From assembly GCA_002269645.1 (NCBI GenBank), contig NIVC01004932.1:1-30995 (forward strand): a stretch of DNA of 30,995 nt, in the 5' to 3' direction. A model generated the notes under the pieces. It saw only the letters and a list, made by a program, of their open reading frames with translations. It had not been told where the DNA came from and searched no databases. Shown in pieces: positions 1 to 9,845 of this stretch. Each line of letters opens with the position of its first letter. Position 1 is the first letter of the stretch. Origin of the DNA: Macrostomum lignano. Lineage: Eukaryota. The position numbers and the translations under genes are program-made.

Positions 1-331
1 TAGAGCAGAAAACAGACCGGCCGGGACGATGCAGCGCGCGCAAGGCTTGGGGGAGGGGACGGACGGAGGGGAGGGGACTTCTTGCTTTTTGAAGCAAGAA
101 AATGTTTATTTATTTATAGTTTTGCTACTGGCGCTACACGTTATAAAAAGTTTATTTCAAGGCATTAATCGCGCCCAATGATTCACCTGGAGCGTCAGGG
201 CAGCGGAGCCAGGTAAAGCGTAATTATTCCCTCAACACTTGGGATTATGGGCTTGGCTGAGAACTTTAGTGACCGCAAGGCTTAATTTTATTTGATTAGG
301 GATTAGTAAAAGTCTTGAAATATTTTCTGCA

Positions 332-505
332 TTTTTCGCTCTTGCAATAAAAAATCGAGTCCGTTGCATATCCACGGCATGCTACTGATGTCAGTAGGTG
401 AAATTGCGTGTTTTGCCCTAAATTATAATTAATTTACGAAAAGTAATATTTTAAATCGAAAAAGGGGTATTTGATAAATTATAATACAGAATACGTATCT
501 TCAGA
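332..505. repeat. Dispersed repeat, copy A (related to 3019-3164)
   Basis: By eye, ttcttgca..aaaaatcg.gtcc..gcata..gcatgctactg..gtcagt.ggtga..ttgcgtgttt.ccctaaattataattaat and tatcttcagataa align with 3019-3164 in the same orientation. Confidence 0.8.
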
Positions 506-567
506 TAAGAATACATTTTTTTAAAATAATTAGGGATTAAATTTAAATATTTGGAATAATTAATTAA

Positions 568-765
568 CTGAGTCTATATAACTGAATGTCTATATAACTG
601 AGTCTCTATATAATTAAGTCTCTATATAACTTATTCTACGTAATTGAATCTCTATATAACTGAATCTCTATACAACTGAATCTGTATCTACTTACGAATG
701 AAATTGCAGAATCCTTAGTGAAGCTCTCCTATTGATTGCCGCCCCCGCTCCTGGCTTGTTTAATT
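568..765 (+). repeat. ~16-bp minisatellite (actgagtctctatata)n plus conserved downstream flank
   Basis: About 8 degenerate units at 568-690, followed by aagctctcctatt..ttgccg.ccc; the same array and flank recur at 6376-6560. Confidence 0.85.
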
Positions 766-796
766 GTAAGGATCACTGGCCAATTATAAGTGTTTT

Positions 797-850
797 CACG
801 GCCTCAAAAACCGTTCTTGGAGCCTAAAAAACCGTTCCTATAAGCCTCAC
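797..850 (-). repeat. Inverted copies of the 21-bp unit of the 3540-3910 minisatellite
   Basis: The reverse complement of cacggcctcaaaaaccgttct is agaacggtttttgaggccgtg, matching the gagaacggt(a/t)tttgaggcc unit. Confidence 0.65.
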
Positions 851-1324
851 GGGTAGTCGAGTCTTCATCAGCCTTGTATTTTACAAATATATAATGTTCT
901 TATGATGTCTAGTGAGTTAATTAACATTTAGAGAGGATCTAATTACGATTTCAGTGCATTTCTTTTACATATCGAAAACAAGCCGAAAGTTAACAAGCCC
1001 CAACATAATGTTTTACGCCTTCACACCTTCATGCAGCTGAAATGTATCAATAGTAGAGCTAACAAAAAAGGGGGAAGAATTCGAACCCCCCCCCCCACTG
1101 GGCGTGCAGATCAGCTTGGCACTCATTGTTGGCCGGTTTGTGCTATTTTTAGAATCAGTCGAGTTGAGACTCCACAGGTGCGCCTGCGGCTGTTGCTGAG
1201 GCCAGCTCCGGGATTTTCGATCCGATTCGAAAGCTCGACTTCAAAGGTTGAGACCGGTGAGGCCGGAATATACGCGTTGTTCACTAAGGCCTTTGAGTTT
1301 GTGCTCTCACTTTCTTAAGATAGA

Positions 1325-1700
1325 TGTCTAGCGGTCTAAGGTTCGTACAGCTCTAATTTCTCCGATCAGGCCGTAAGAGAAAACCGTATAAACTGACGGG
1401 ATCTCCTAGTATCTAAGCTGAGTTTGAGTCTCTCTCGGATTTGCTCTGCGCGACAATTAAGACAAATAATTATATTGAAGACTTGGATTTGTGCCCACTG
1501 GATAATCCAGAGACTGATTCAATGGAGCAATTCGAGATCGAGAACTGCGCAGAAAAAACGAAGCGCCGCTCCAGTTTGAGATGAGCGTCTATTTATACCA
1601 ATTAGCATTTTTGGCCTCCCCAGCCGCCGGTGGGGTGTCTTCGCGTTGTTAGCAACGGCGGGGGGGGTTGAGCAATAACAATCTGGGACACAGTCCCCTA
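1325..1700 (-). other. Possible LTR-like or promoter-bearing remnant
   Basis: TGT at 1325 (a minus-strand ...ACA end) and a minus-strand TATA box, ggtataaatag (~1590-1597). No partner LTR or coding domain recognised. Confidence 0.2.
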
Positions 1701-3018
1701 GTTTTACATGAATTTAGTTAGTTCTAGTAGGTTGCAGGTTGCTAAGTGTGAGGGTTAGAGATTATTCGGGCTTTCGCAAATCTATGTGTTGAGTTGTATA
1801 AAATTTGGGATAGAAAGATTATAGAAAAGTACTTAGTTATCCGTCTCTTGACTCTGTCCATAGATGATTAAACAGTCCTTTGTTTCTCTCGGTTGTCAGG
1901 CAGCTTGGGGTTGATCTCGCCCTCTTGGGCCACTTCAGGTTGGATAGGAGTCTGTAGGTGGGCCTCACTTTTCTCCCTCAGGGTGCGCCAGAAGATGCCG
2001 CGTGCCGCGTTGTTCTCTAAGCTGGGCCACTTCTCTCAGCCAGTTTAATCGGCATGGTTCCTGCGGCGGGGTGTCGTGGCTGACTGGAATGGGAAGGGGC
2101 TTAATTGGATTCGAGATTCAATTTGATTGACAGCTGAGTAATTATCTTAGAGCTGTTCCTATTTGTTGTTCTCTTACTAACTAAAGGTTCCATTGTGCTT
2201 TTCTGCCTCGCCCTTCACTGCGTCTGGACTTTTCATAAATTTCTATCTATCTTCTTTCTGAGAGCAAAACTTCAGATTTCTAACTCTTATACGGAGAGGC
2301 CGATGGCTGCAGCCGGAGACAGCTGCTGTCCGTTGCCAAGTGGTTTCCTAGCGAGCGGTTTTCGAGCGGGAATTCGCGGTCGCCTCTCGGCCAGCCCAGG
2401 TGGCTCCGGCTGATGGAGCGACTCGAGGGATTCGGGTTGCATGCCGGAGTTTGGCAGGTTTCTGTTGCTGCGCGACCTGTCTCCGTTCTCCAGCTATCTA
2501 TCTATCTGGGGGGAGGGTTTCTGCTTTGCAAATAGAAACAAAAATGGTCGGTACGTTTGTTTGTCTGTTATAAAGTAAATCTAAACCTAATCTATTTTCT
2601 AATTGTATTTACAAGGGTGAAAATTTTACTGTTTGTAGAAAGCATGACAGCATTACATTGCCTGTCAAGGCTTGTCATTTTGACGGGGGTACCACTGACA
2701 GAATTGATTTCGGGATGCCACTTAATTTTGATGGATCTCGATGGGATTTGATTCCCCGTACTCTGAAATAGTCGCAGAAGCGATCCCCATTAAAATCCAG
2801 GTCAATATGTAAGCCTGCGGCGTCCAGAATGTCGCTAACTTGTAGTGTAACTCTCCTATGTTTTCGTCAAATTTTCCAGGTAACTTTCCTGGTTAATAAA
2901 ATCGAGTAGAAGTCATTTACAACCATGAAACCAACTCAGTCGTGTAGGATATTGTTTCTAGATTGATTTCCAATCAAATCCGCCTCAAAAAAATGCTCAA
3001 ATCTATGGGCATCTATGA

Positions 3019-3164
3019 TTTTTTTGTTCTTGCATAAAAAATCGGGTCCTTGGCATACTCTTAGCATGCTACTGTGGTCAGTTGGTGAGTTTGCGTGTTT
3101 GCCCCTAAATTATAATTAATATAGAAAAATTCATATTTTAAAGCCAAAAATTATCTTCAGATAA
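3019..3164. repeat. Dispersed repeat, copy B (related to 332-505)
   Basis: Direct degenerate match to 332-505 with an internal deletion of about 30 bp. Confidence 0.8.
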
Positions 3165-3289
3165 TCAAGGCGGCACTTCGGTCACATGAGGAGGCAATAT
3201 TCAAAAGTTTATTTTGAGGCATTTGTCGCGAAATTATGTTTTATCCTCAATCATTATTTGTGGAGATTCCTGATCAACAACGAGGCCCC

Positions 3290-3425
3290 TCACAAAAGTG
3301 TGCAAAAACCCTCTTAAAAGCGTGCGATTCTCCTCTTATAAGCGTGCGATTCCCCTCCTATAAGTGTGTGAAGCCCATTTACAAGCGTGCGAGGCACCTC
3401 TTAAAGATGTGCAAAGCCCCATAGA
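3290..3425. repeat. Degenerate ~21-22-bp tandem repeat (ctcttataagcgtgcgattc-like)
   Basis: About 6 units sharing an a(a/g)gcgtgcga / aagtgtg core. Confidence 0.65.
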
Positions 3426-3482
3426 AGCCCCATCTTCAAACCGGCCCTCATCCTCAATCAGAATTTTCTGGTGGTTTCTGCC

Positions 3483-3517
<35 letters not shown>

Positions 3518-3539
3518 CATATATCCATATATCTATCTA
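3483..3539. repeat. (TATC)n microsatellite
   Basis: Directly visible. Confidence 0.95.
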
Positions 3540-3910
3540 GAGGCCACGAGAACGGTATTTGAGGCCCTGAGTACTGTTTTTGAGGCCGTTAGAGCGGCTG
3601 AAACTAAAAACAGAAAAGTGAGCTCTATAACCCTGAGAACAGATTTTGAGGCCCTGAGAACGGTACTTGAGGCCGTTAGAGCGGCTGAAACTAAAAACAG
3701 AAAAGTGAGCTCCATAACCCTGGGAACGGTTTTTGAAGCCTTGAGAACGGTATTTAAGGCCCTGAGTACGGTTTTTGAGGCCGTTAGAGCGGCTGAAACT
3801 AAAAACAGAAAAGTGAGCTCCATAACCCTGAGAACGGTATTTGAGGCCCTGAGAACGGTATTTGAGGCCGTTAGAGCGGCTCAAACTAAATACAGAAAAT
3901 TGAGCTCCAT
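3540..3910. repeat. Composite minisatellite: 4 higher-order units (about 87/108/87 bp spacing) made of a 45-bp block plus 2-3 copies of a 21-bp block
   Basis: tagagcggctgaaactaaaaacagaaaagtgagctccataaccct occurs 4 times, interleaved with gagaacggtatttgaggccct. Block lengths divisible by 3 explain the repetitive ORFs on both strands. Confidence 0.92.
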
Positions 3911-4042
3911 AACAATAAATTTCCAATTCTCTTTGAAACAACAAGTCAGGTAAAAGACTGATCAATGTCATCACCAGGATTTGGTCGAATATTGATTGTC
4001 TCCGTGGCCAACCTGTTCCGAATTATTGAATTGAATAAGATT

Positions 4043-5735
4043 TATTGTTGCCACGTGTTGTTGCCTTTACCTTCCTTTATCTCACACATGAAACTTATCT
4101 ATCTGTTTTACATGATAGGAAGCAATTTATTTACATTACATTCTTTACATTACATTACATTTTACATTACATTATTTACATAAGAAGCAAAATTTCAAAA
4201 CAAAAAAATACAAAAACTGGAGAATTGTGGAGCCTGAAGGCATAAAGCATGCAACATGAAAATCAAGTTTAAAACATGAATTATAAAACAGGAATGTAGA
4301 AAACCGTCCGCATAAGTAGTGAATAAAAAGTCTACTAAAAATACAGTCTAACCTAAGCATTAAGTCTATGTACATCTGCAAACCTACTATTTAAAAATAT
4401 ACAGGCGCAAGAGCCAATCTTTAAAACGGCTGACGCGCGGCCAGGGAGTGTTGGCTTGACACTCCCTCGGCATACTTATTAAGGAACGAAGTGAATAAAA
4501 AGTCTAGTTGAAGAAATTATAAATGTAGTTCACCACATTCAACGTAAAAAAAATCTGCGGCTGCTGGGCTCTGCATGCGTCCTCTTCTTTCCTTGCTCAA
4601 AATTCTTTATTGTTGCCACGTGTTGTTGCCTTTACCTTCCTTTATCTCACACATGAAACTTATCTATCTGTTTTACATGATAGGAAGCAATTTATTTACA
4701 TTACATTCTTTACATTACATTACATTTTACATTACATTATTTACATAAGAAGCAAAATTTCAAAACAAAAAAATACAAAAACTGGAGAATTGTGGAGCCT
4801 GAAGGCATAAAGCATGCAACATGAAAATAAAGTTTAAAACATGAATTATAAAACAGGAATGTAGAAAACCGTCCGCATAAGTAGTGAATAAAAAGTCTAC
4901 TAAAAATACAGTCTAACCTAAGCATTAAGTCTATGTACATCTGCAAACCTACTATTTAGAAATATACAGGCGCAAGAGCCAATCTTTAAAACGGCTGACG
5001 CGCGGCCAGGGAGTGTTGGCTTGACACTCCCTCGGCATACTTATTAAGGAACGAAGTGAATAAAAAGTCTAGTTGAAGAAATTATAAATGTAGTTCACCA
5101 CATTCAACGTAAAAAAATCTGCGGCTGCTGGGCTCTGCATGCGTCCTCTTCTTTCCTTGCTCAAAATTCTTTATTGTTGCCACGTGTTGTTGCCTTTACC
5201 TTCCTTTATCTCACACATGAAACTTATCTATCTGTTTTACATGATAGGAAGCAATTTATTTACATTACATTATTTACATTACATTACATTTTACATTACA
5301 TTATTTACATAAGAAGCAAAATTTCAAAAAAACAAACAAAAAACTGGAGAATTGTGGAGCCTGAAGGCATAAAGCATGCAACATGAAAATCAAGTTTAAA
5401 ACATGAATTATAAAACAAGAATGTAGAAAACCGTCCGCATAAGTAGTGAATAAAAAGTCTACTAGAAATACAGTCTAACCTAAGCATTAAGTCTATGTAC
5501 ATCTGCAAACCTACTATTTAAAAATATACAGGCGCAAGAGCCAATCTTTAAAACGGCTGACGCTCGACCAGGGAGTGTTGGCTTGACACTCCCTCGGCAT
5601 ACTTATTAAGGAACGAAGTGAATAAAAAGTCTAGTTGAAGAAATTATAAATGTAGTTCACCACATTCAACGTAAAAAAAATCTGCGGCTGCTGGGCTCTG
5701 CATGCGTCCTCTTCTTTCCTTGCTCAAAATTCTTC
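4043..5735. repeat. Three near-identical head-to-tail ~565-bp units, each with a (TTACA)n tract and a GC hairpin
   Basis: Identical ORF starts at 4045, 4610 and 5174. The hairpin gggagtgt-tggcttg-acactccc is in every unit (first at ~4444-4466). Confidence 0.95.
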
Positions 5736-6375
5736 TTATTACCAACATAAATATCTTGATAATAGCCCAGAAAGCTACTTTGGCAATCAGAACATAAATT
5801 TTGGCATCAAGCTCGAAATGCATTTGGCCGTTACGTTTAGTCGTTAAGTTCACACGAAATAGAGGGTCGTGACCTGTCATATTCGTAAAGTTAAACACGA
5901 ATAAGAACGCAGAACATGTCACATAATTTTTAAAAAATAGAAATGCTTCCTCTTCTAGGCTAGGTTAATTATAAAAAGAAGGAATAAGATCCAATACAGT
6001 CTCTTCTGATAATATACAATTTTGTACTAATGCCTCCTTTTAACAAAAATTAAAGAAGTATATAATAAATACTTACCTATACTCGGTGAAGACGCTAGAG
6101 ATGAAAATGTACAGCAGAAAATAGCCGTGCATGCTTTGTTTTTTAGTCTGGGAATGTCTGGGAATAAAGAATGTTCCGAGTGACTATGACTGAGTGCAGA
6201 GGTCTTGAGTTTTCTGCGAGTATATATATATATACCGGTCTGCAGCAGCCGCGCCCACCAGTGAGCAGGCCGCGCCGCTTGGCAACGGAGCTGAAGCAAG
6301 AGTTTCGGCCCCGGCGACTCTTAACACCTGTGTACATATGATGACTAGCTTGATCTCAACCCGCTCAAAAAGCAA

Positions 6376-6560
6376 CAGAGTCTCTATATAAGACAGTCTC
6401 TATATAACAGTCTCTATATAACAGAGTCTCTATATAACTGAGTCTCTATATAACTGAGTCTCTATTTAATTGAGTCTCTATAGACTTAGGAATAAACTTT
6501 GTAGAATTCTTTGGAAAGCTCTCCTATTAGTTGCCGTCCCCTGCTTCTGGTTTGTTGTTA
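6376..6560 (+). repeat. 16-bp (actgagtctctatata)n array plus flank; left arm of an inverted pair
   Basis: About 7 units ending ctatagacttagg; the flank is homologous to 690-765. Confidence 0.85.
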
Positions 6561-6989
6561 TATTAAAAAAACGCTGAATAATATCTACTCATCATTTCGG
6601 CAAAAGTGGGGTTTACTTAAGCCGCACAAAAGAGCTGTAAGCATTGCGCAATGTGGTTGTATTTTGTAGTTATTTGTGGTGGCTCTGTGGGGAGCAGATG
6701 AGCAATTGCACTCAACTCAACAAGTGGGAATTATGGATGTGGTGGCCACGTAGAATGCAGAATGGGGGTGGTACTCAGCACGTGGGAATTAGAGATGTTC
6801 ATTTTCATAATCCTAAATCAAAGCATATTTATTGTACAAGCCTCAAAGGTGCAAAAATAAACCCTAACCTCGGCGTCTGTATTTGTGTGTTTACTTTCGC
6901 CTTTTAGTCTTTACTTTAACCTATTTTACTTTTTTGATCATTTATACCCCACTCAAGCTTTAATCCTCAATGTTGTCATTGGCTCCATA

Positions 6990-7075
6990 CCTAAGTCTAT
7001 AGGGACTCAGTTATATAGAGACTCAGTTATATAGAGATTCAGTTACATAGAAGAAGTTATATAGAAGAGAGACTC
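6990..7075 (-). repeat. Inverted copy of the 16-bp array; right arm
   Basis: cctaagtctatagggactcagttatatagagactcagttatatagag is the reverse complement of the end of the 6376-6490 array. Confidence 0.85.
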
Positions 7076-7664
7076 GGTTCAAACTGATTCAATTAGTTTC
7101 TCATAGCAGTCAACTAAACATGCTGAAATAAAACAAAGCCGCCTTTAACACTTAATTATTTTCAGTACAATTTCCATGAGTTGCGCAGCTCAACTCACGA
7201 GGTAGCCAGCTCGCTCACACTTAGTGTTACATGTGGTCTAGATCTATACCCAAGGCTACTTTCCCTATTCTGTTTCTACTCTCAGAAATCCGAATTATGT
7301 AAATATCCTCAATCATAACTTGTGGGGATTTCTGATGAACAAACGCCAGCCAAATCAACAGTGCGTACTAGCCCTTGGAGTGTTGTCAGTTAAGCTCCAA
7401 GCCAAACATTGGCTACACAAAACTTTCAAAATGAAAATGGAGTAAACACAGACAAGTTCAGATAACTGGATAAATGACTAAGAAAGTTTGTGCTGCTTTT
7501 CATGAGTGTGAAAAACGATAAGTCGCAGATAACGTTGAGAGGGGTTGGCCGTGGGAGTTCAATTAGCGTCGCGAGATCACGCCACAAGGTCCAGAGCCCA
7601 CTCACCCAGCGATTTAGTCTGGAAGCGAAGAGATTGCAGACAGGGGAGGGAGGGGTATCTGCAT

Positions 7665-7712
7665 TCTGATTGGCTGTTTAGTGGCGTGGGTTGACTGCTG
7701 GTGATTGGGGTG
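7665..7712 (+). promoter_or_regulatory. Two reverse CCAAT boxes upstream of the RPA-like gene
   Basis: ctgattggct (~7668) and gtgattgggg (~7702) lie 150-200 bp before ATG 7863. Motif-only evidence. Confidence 0.25.
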
Positions 7713-7862
7713 TCGGCTTGACTTTTTAAGTCAAAATTATTGCAAATTGTGATTTTTAACCTGCTATTTCTACTGAAGTATTTTGCACTGCAAAATTTTA
7801 GAAGCTCTTTCTATTTTCTAAGTTTTGTTTATACTTTGTTAAAACTGAACAACTTAGCAACA

Positions 7863-9075
7863 ATGGCGTCTACAATCACCAAGAAGATTAGATTAAAATC
7901 TCCGGCCTGAACTGGGCTACATGAATACAGCGGTTACTGGCCTTGTGACCGAGTTGAAGGAGACAGGTCCTACATGAAGAACGATGTTCGTGGCGAAGTT
8001 TTTTCATTCGTCTTGGTGGACGACTCGGCTGAGATGAGAGTCAGTCAGATGAGAGAAAGTTTGTAATACTTCCGATGCTGTTCGCGTAGCCGGCGGTATG
8101 GTAAAGACTTCGGATCCGAGATACAACTGAACGAACAATCCTATGGAGGTATCTCTTTCAGTTGACTCCAAGGGATCAATATATCGAAGCAATGAAGTTC
8201 GACTGTTATTGAACGGGCGTGTAACTATACTGAATAAGCGACCTTCAAAACGTACGCCTGCAAGGGTGAGTTGCATTGTATCTGTCTACTTGTATGTATT
8301 GTATAGACAGACAGTATACAATATTATTATATGTACAATAGACATAATAGTATAGACAATGTGAATTGTATATGCAATCGTGTAGCACTGTAGTGTATGT
8401 TCGGCTTTTATAAATTATTTTGACTAGATTAGCAATCCAATCTATGCCTTCATCCCTTTATGTTGGCTAGTCTAGCAGTCCATTATATTCATTCGACCAT
8501 TGATGTAGGTAGGATTCAAATGAACTTCAAAAAGCGTTTTAAGGTTTTAAAATACTTTTCAAATTGTCCCCTCTTCATTGCCTTTTATTAGAAATGTTGA
8601 TGTCCTTGGAGCAATCGACACACTGCAGCAGTCCGAGAAAGTCATGACGAAGGCTGGGAAGCGAATAAACGTAGCTAAAGTGACTCTTGTTGACCAGTCC
8701 TGTCGTTCTGTCTCCTGCACGTTTTGGGGGTCGTCCTCCGATCAAGCTGTCAATTGGAGTGTCGGCGACATTTTGTCGATACGACGAGCAAAAGTACAGG
8801 AGTACGCCGGCGCTGTTGTACTTGGATGTACTTGCTCTGAAGTTCGGCTCAACTCGGACGACACCGAGGTTACGACTTTGACTGACTGGTACACGAATGC
8901 TAAGCAGAGCGATACTGAGTTTCAACCTCTGGGTGCTCCGTGTCCATCAGGCGCGGTTGGCGGCTCTTCTGACCAAAGGGGAAACAACAGGCGAGTTTTT
9001 ATGCAACTACCGGTTTCGCACGAATCCTTCCGGGATGTATACGAAATTGTCTTGGACTTTGGAGAAGGAATAAAG
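7863..9075 (+). pseudogene. RPA70 (RPA1)-like ssDNA-binding OB-fold gene, spliced, with frameshifts and a stop in the 5' part; probably Helitron-type cargo
   Basis: 7965-8039 encodes RSYMKNDVRGEVFSFVLVDDSAEMR (compare RPA70 DBD-A LFSIELVDESGEIR). 8592-8915 encodes NVDVLGAID..KVTLVDQSCRSVSCTFWG..ILSIRRAKVQEYAG..TLTDWY (compare DBD-B VDIIG..LMDTSGKVVTATLWG..VLAIKGARVSDFGG..LRGWF). Donor GTGAGT at 8266, acceptor AG at 8590-8591, donor at 9076. Confidence 0.8.
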
Positions 9076-9544
9076 GTGCGCGTGTTCATTGTATATGTAA
9101 CTTATTTAATGTTTAGTATCTTTCTTCTGTAGTACAGATCTATGCACTCTAACTTACTACAGTATTGTGCTAGCCCTTATGGTTCCTACTGAAATTATCT
9201 CACCAAGTTGCTGCAGTTCTTTAGTTCTAACTTCTCTATCCTATAAATTGTCACTAATATATCTACTTTGAGTAGCGTTGGCAGCCCTACTCTATGACTC
9301 TTTCCTAGAGATTTCTAATTTCACACGGTTTCCTAGAACCCTTGTAATAGCGTGTAGTGCCCGAGCGGTAAGACACTGTCTAATTCCCTAATTCAGTTCG
9401 AAAGTCTAGCGTTTTCCGAGGATCAAGGGTGTCCAGCAGTAGCCAATCTATTCCCCTAATGCCTAATCCCTCAACACCTAATGTCTATTATAAGCCTGTA
9501 CGGTTTTCTTAGGATCTGTACGATCTCGATCTCCCTACTCCGGT

Positions 9545-9752
9545 TTCTATTCTTGGGTCTCCACGACCTCAAGTTTCCTATTCAGATCCTTAATCTTGGG
9601 TCTCCACGACCTCAAGTTTCCTAACCAGATCCCTAGTTCTGGTCTCCACAACCTCAAGTTTCCTAACCTGATCCCTAGTTCTGGTCTCCACGACCTCAAG
9701 TTTCCCTATTAGGATCCCTAGTTCTTGGTCTCCACGACCTCAAGTTTCCTTA
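9545..9752. repeat. Five ~42-44-bp tandem units (ggtctccacgacctcaagtttcct...gatccctagttct)
   Basis: Unit starts at 9556, 9599, 9641, 9683 and 9727. Confidence 0.92.
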
Positions 9753-9845
9753 TACAGTAAATAAATTTTAAGGTTGAACTTCAATTACTAAAAGTTTCTC
9801 ACAAAAGCGATTGCCAAACAAGCAGAGAAGGTTGTTTTATTTTCA

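Noticed and set aside
1031-2760. Short ORFs and possible coding remnant at 1.0-2.8 kb
   Set aside because: No recognisable motif in any frame; only promoter- or LTR-like words, too weak to assign.
3471-3974. ORFs of 96-160 aa on both strands
   Set aside because: They are translations of the TATC tract and of the minisatellite, whose block lengths are multiples of 3.
4393-4430. Histone stem-loop or SL-RNA gene in the 565-bp unit
   Set aside because: No GGYYYTTYHNRRRCC hairpin, and no splice donor plus Sm-site arrangement found.
4045-5922. Repeated 66-92-aa ORFs (MLPRVVAF.., MQMYIDLM.., MTCSAFLF..)
   Set aside because: AT-rich, non-ATG starts in some, they run through the microsatellite, and no domain is recognisable.
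9545-9752. 42-bp array as a CRISPR
   Set aside because: Units are contiguous with no unique spacers, there are no cas genes, and the context is eukaryotic. The same applies to 3540-3910 and 30537-30995.
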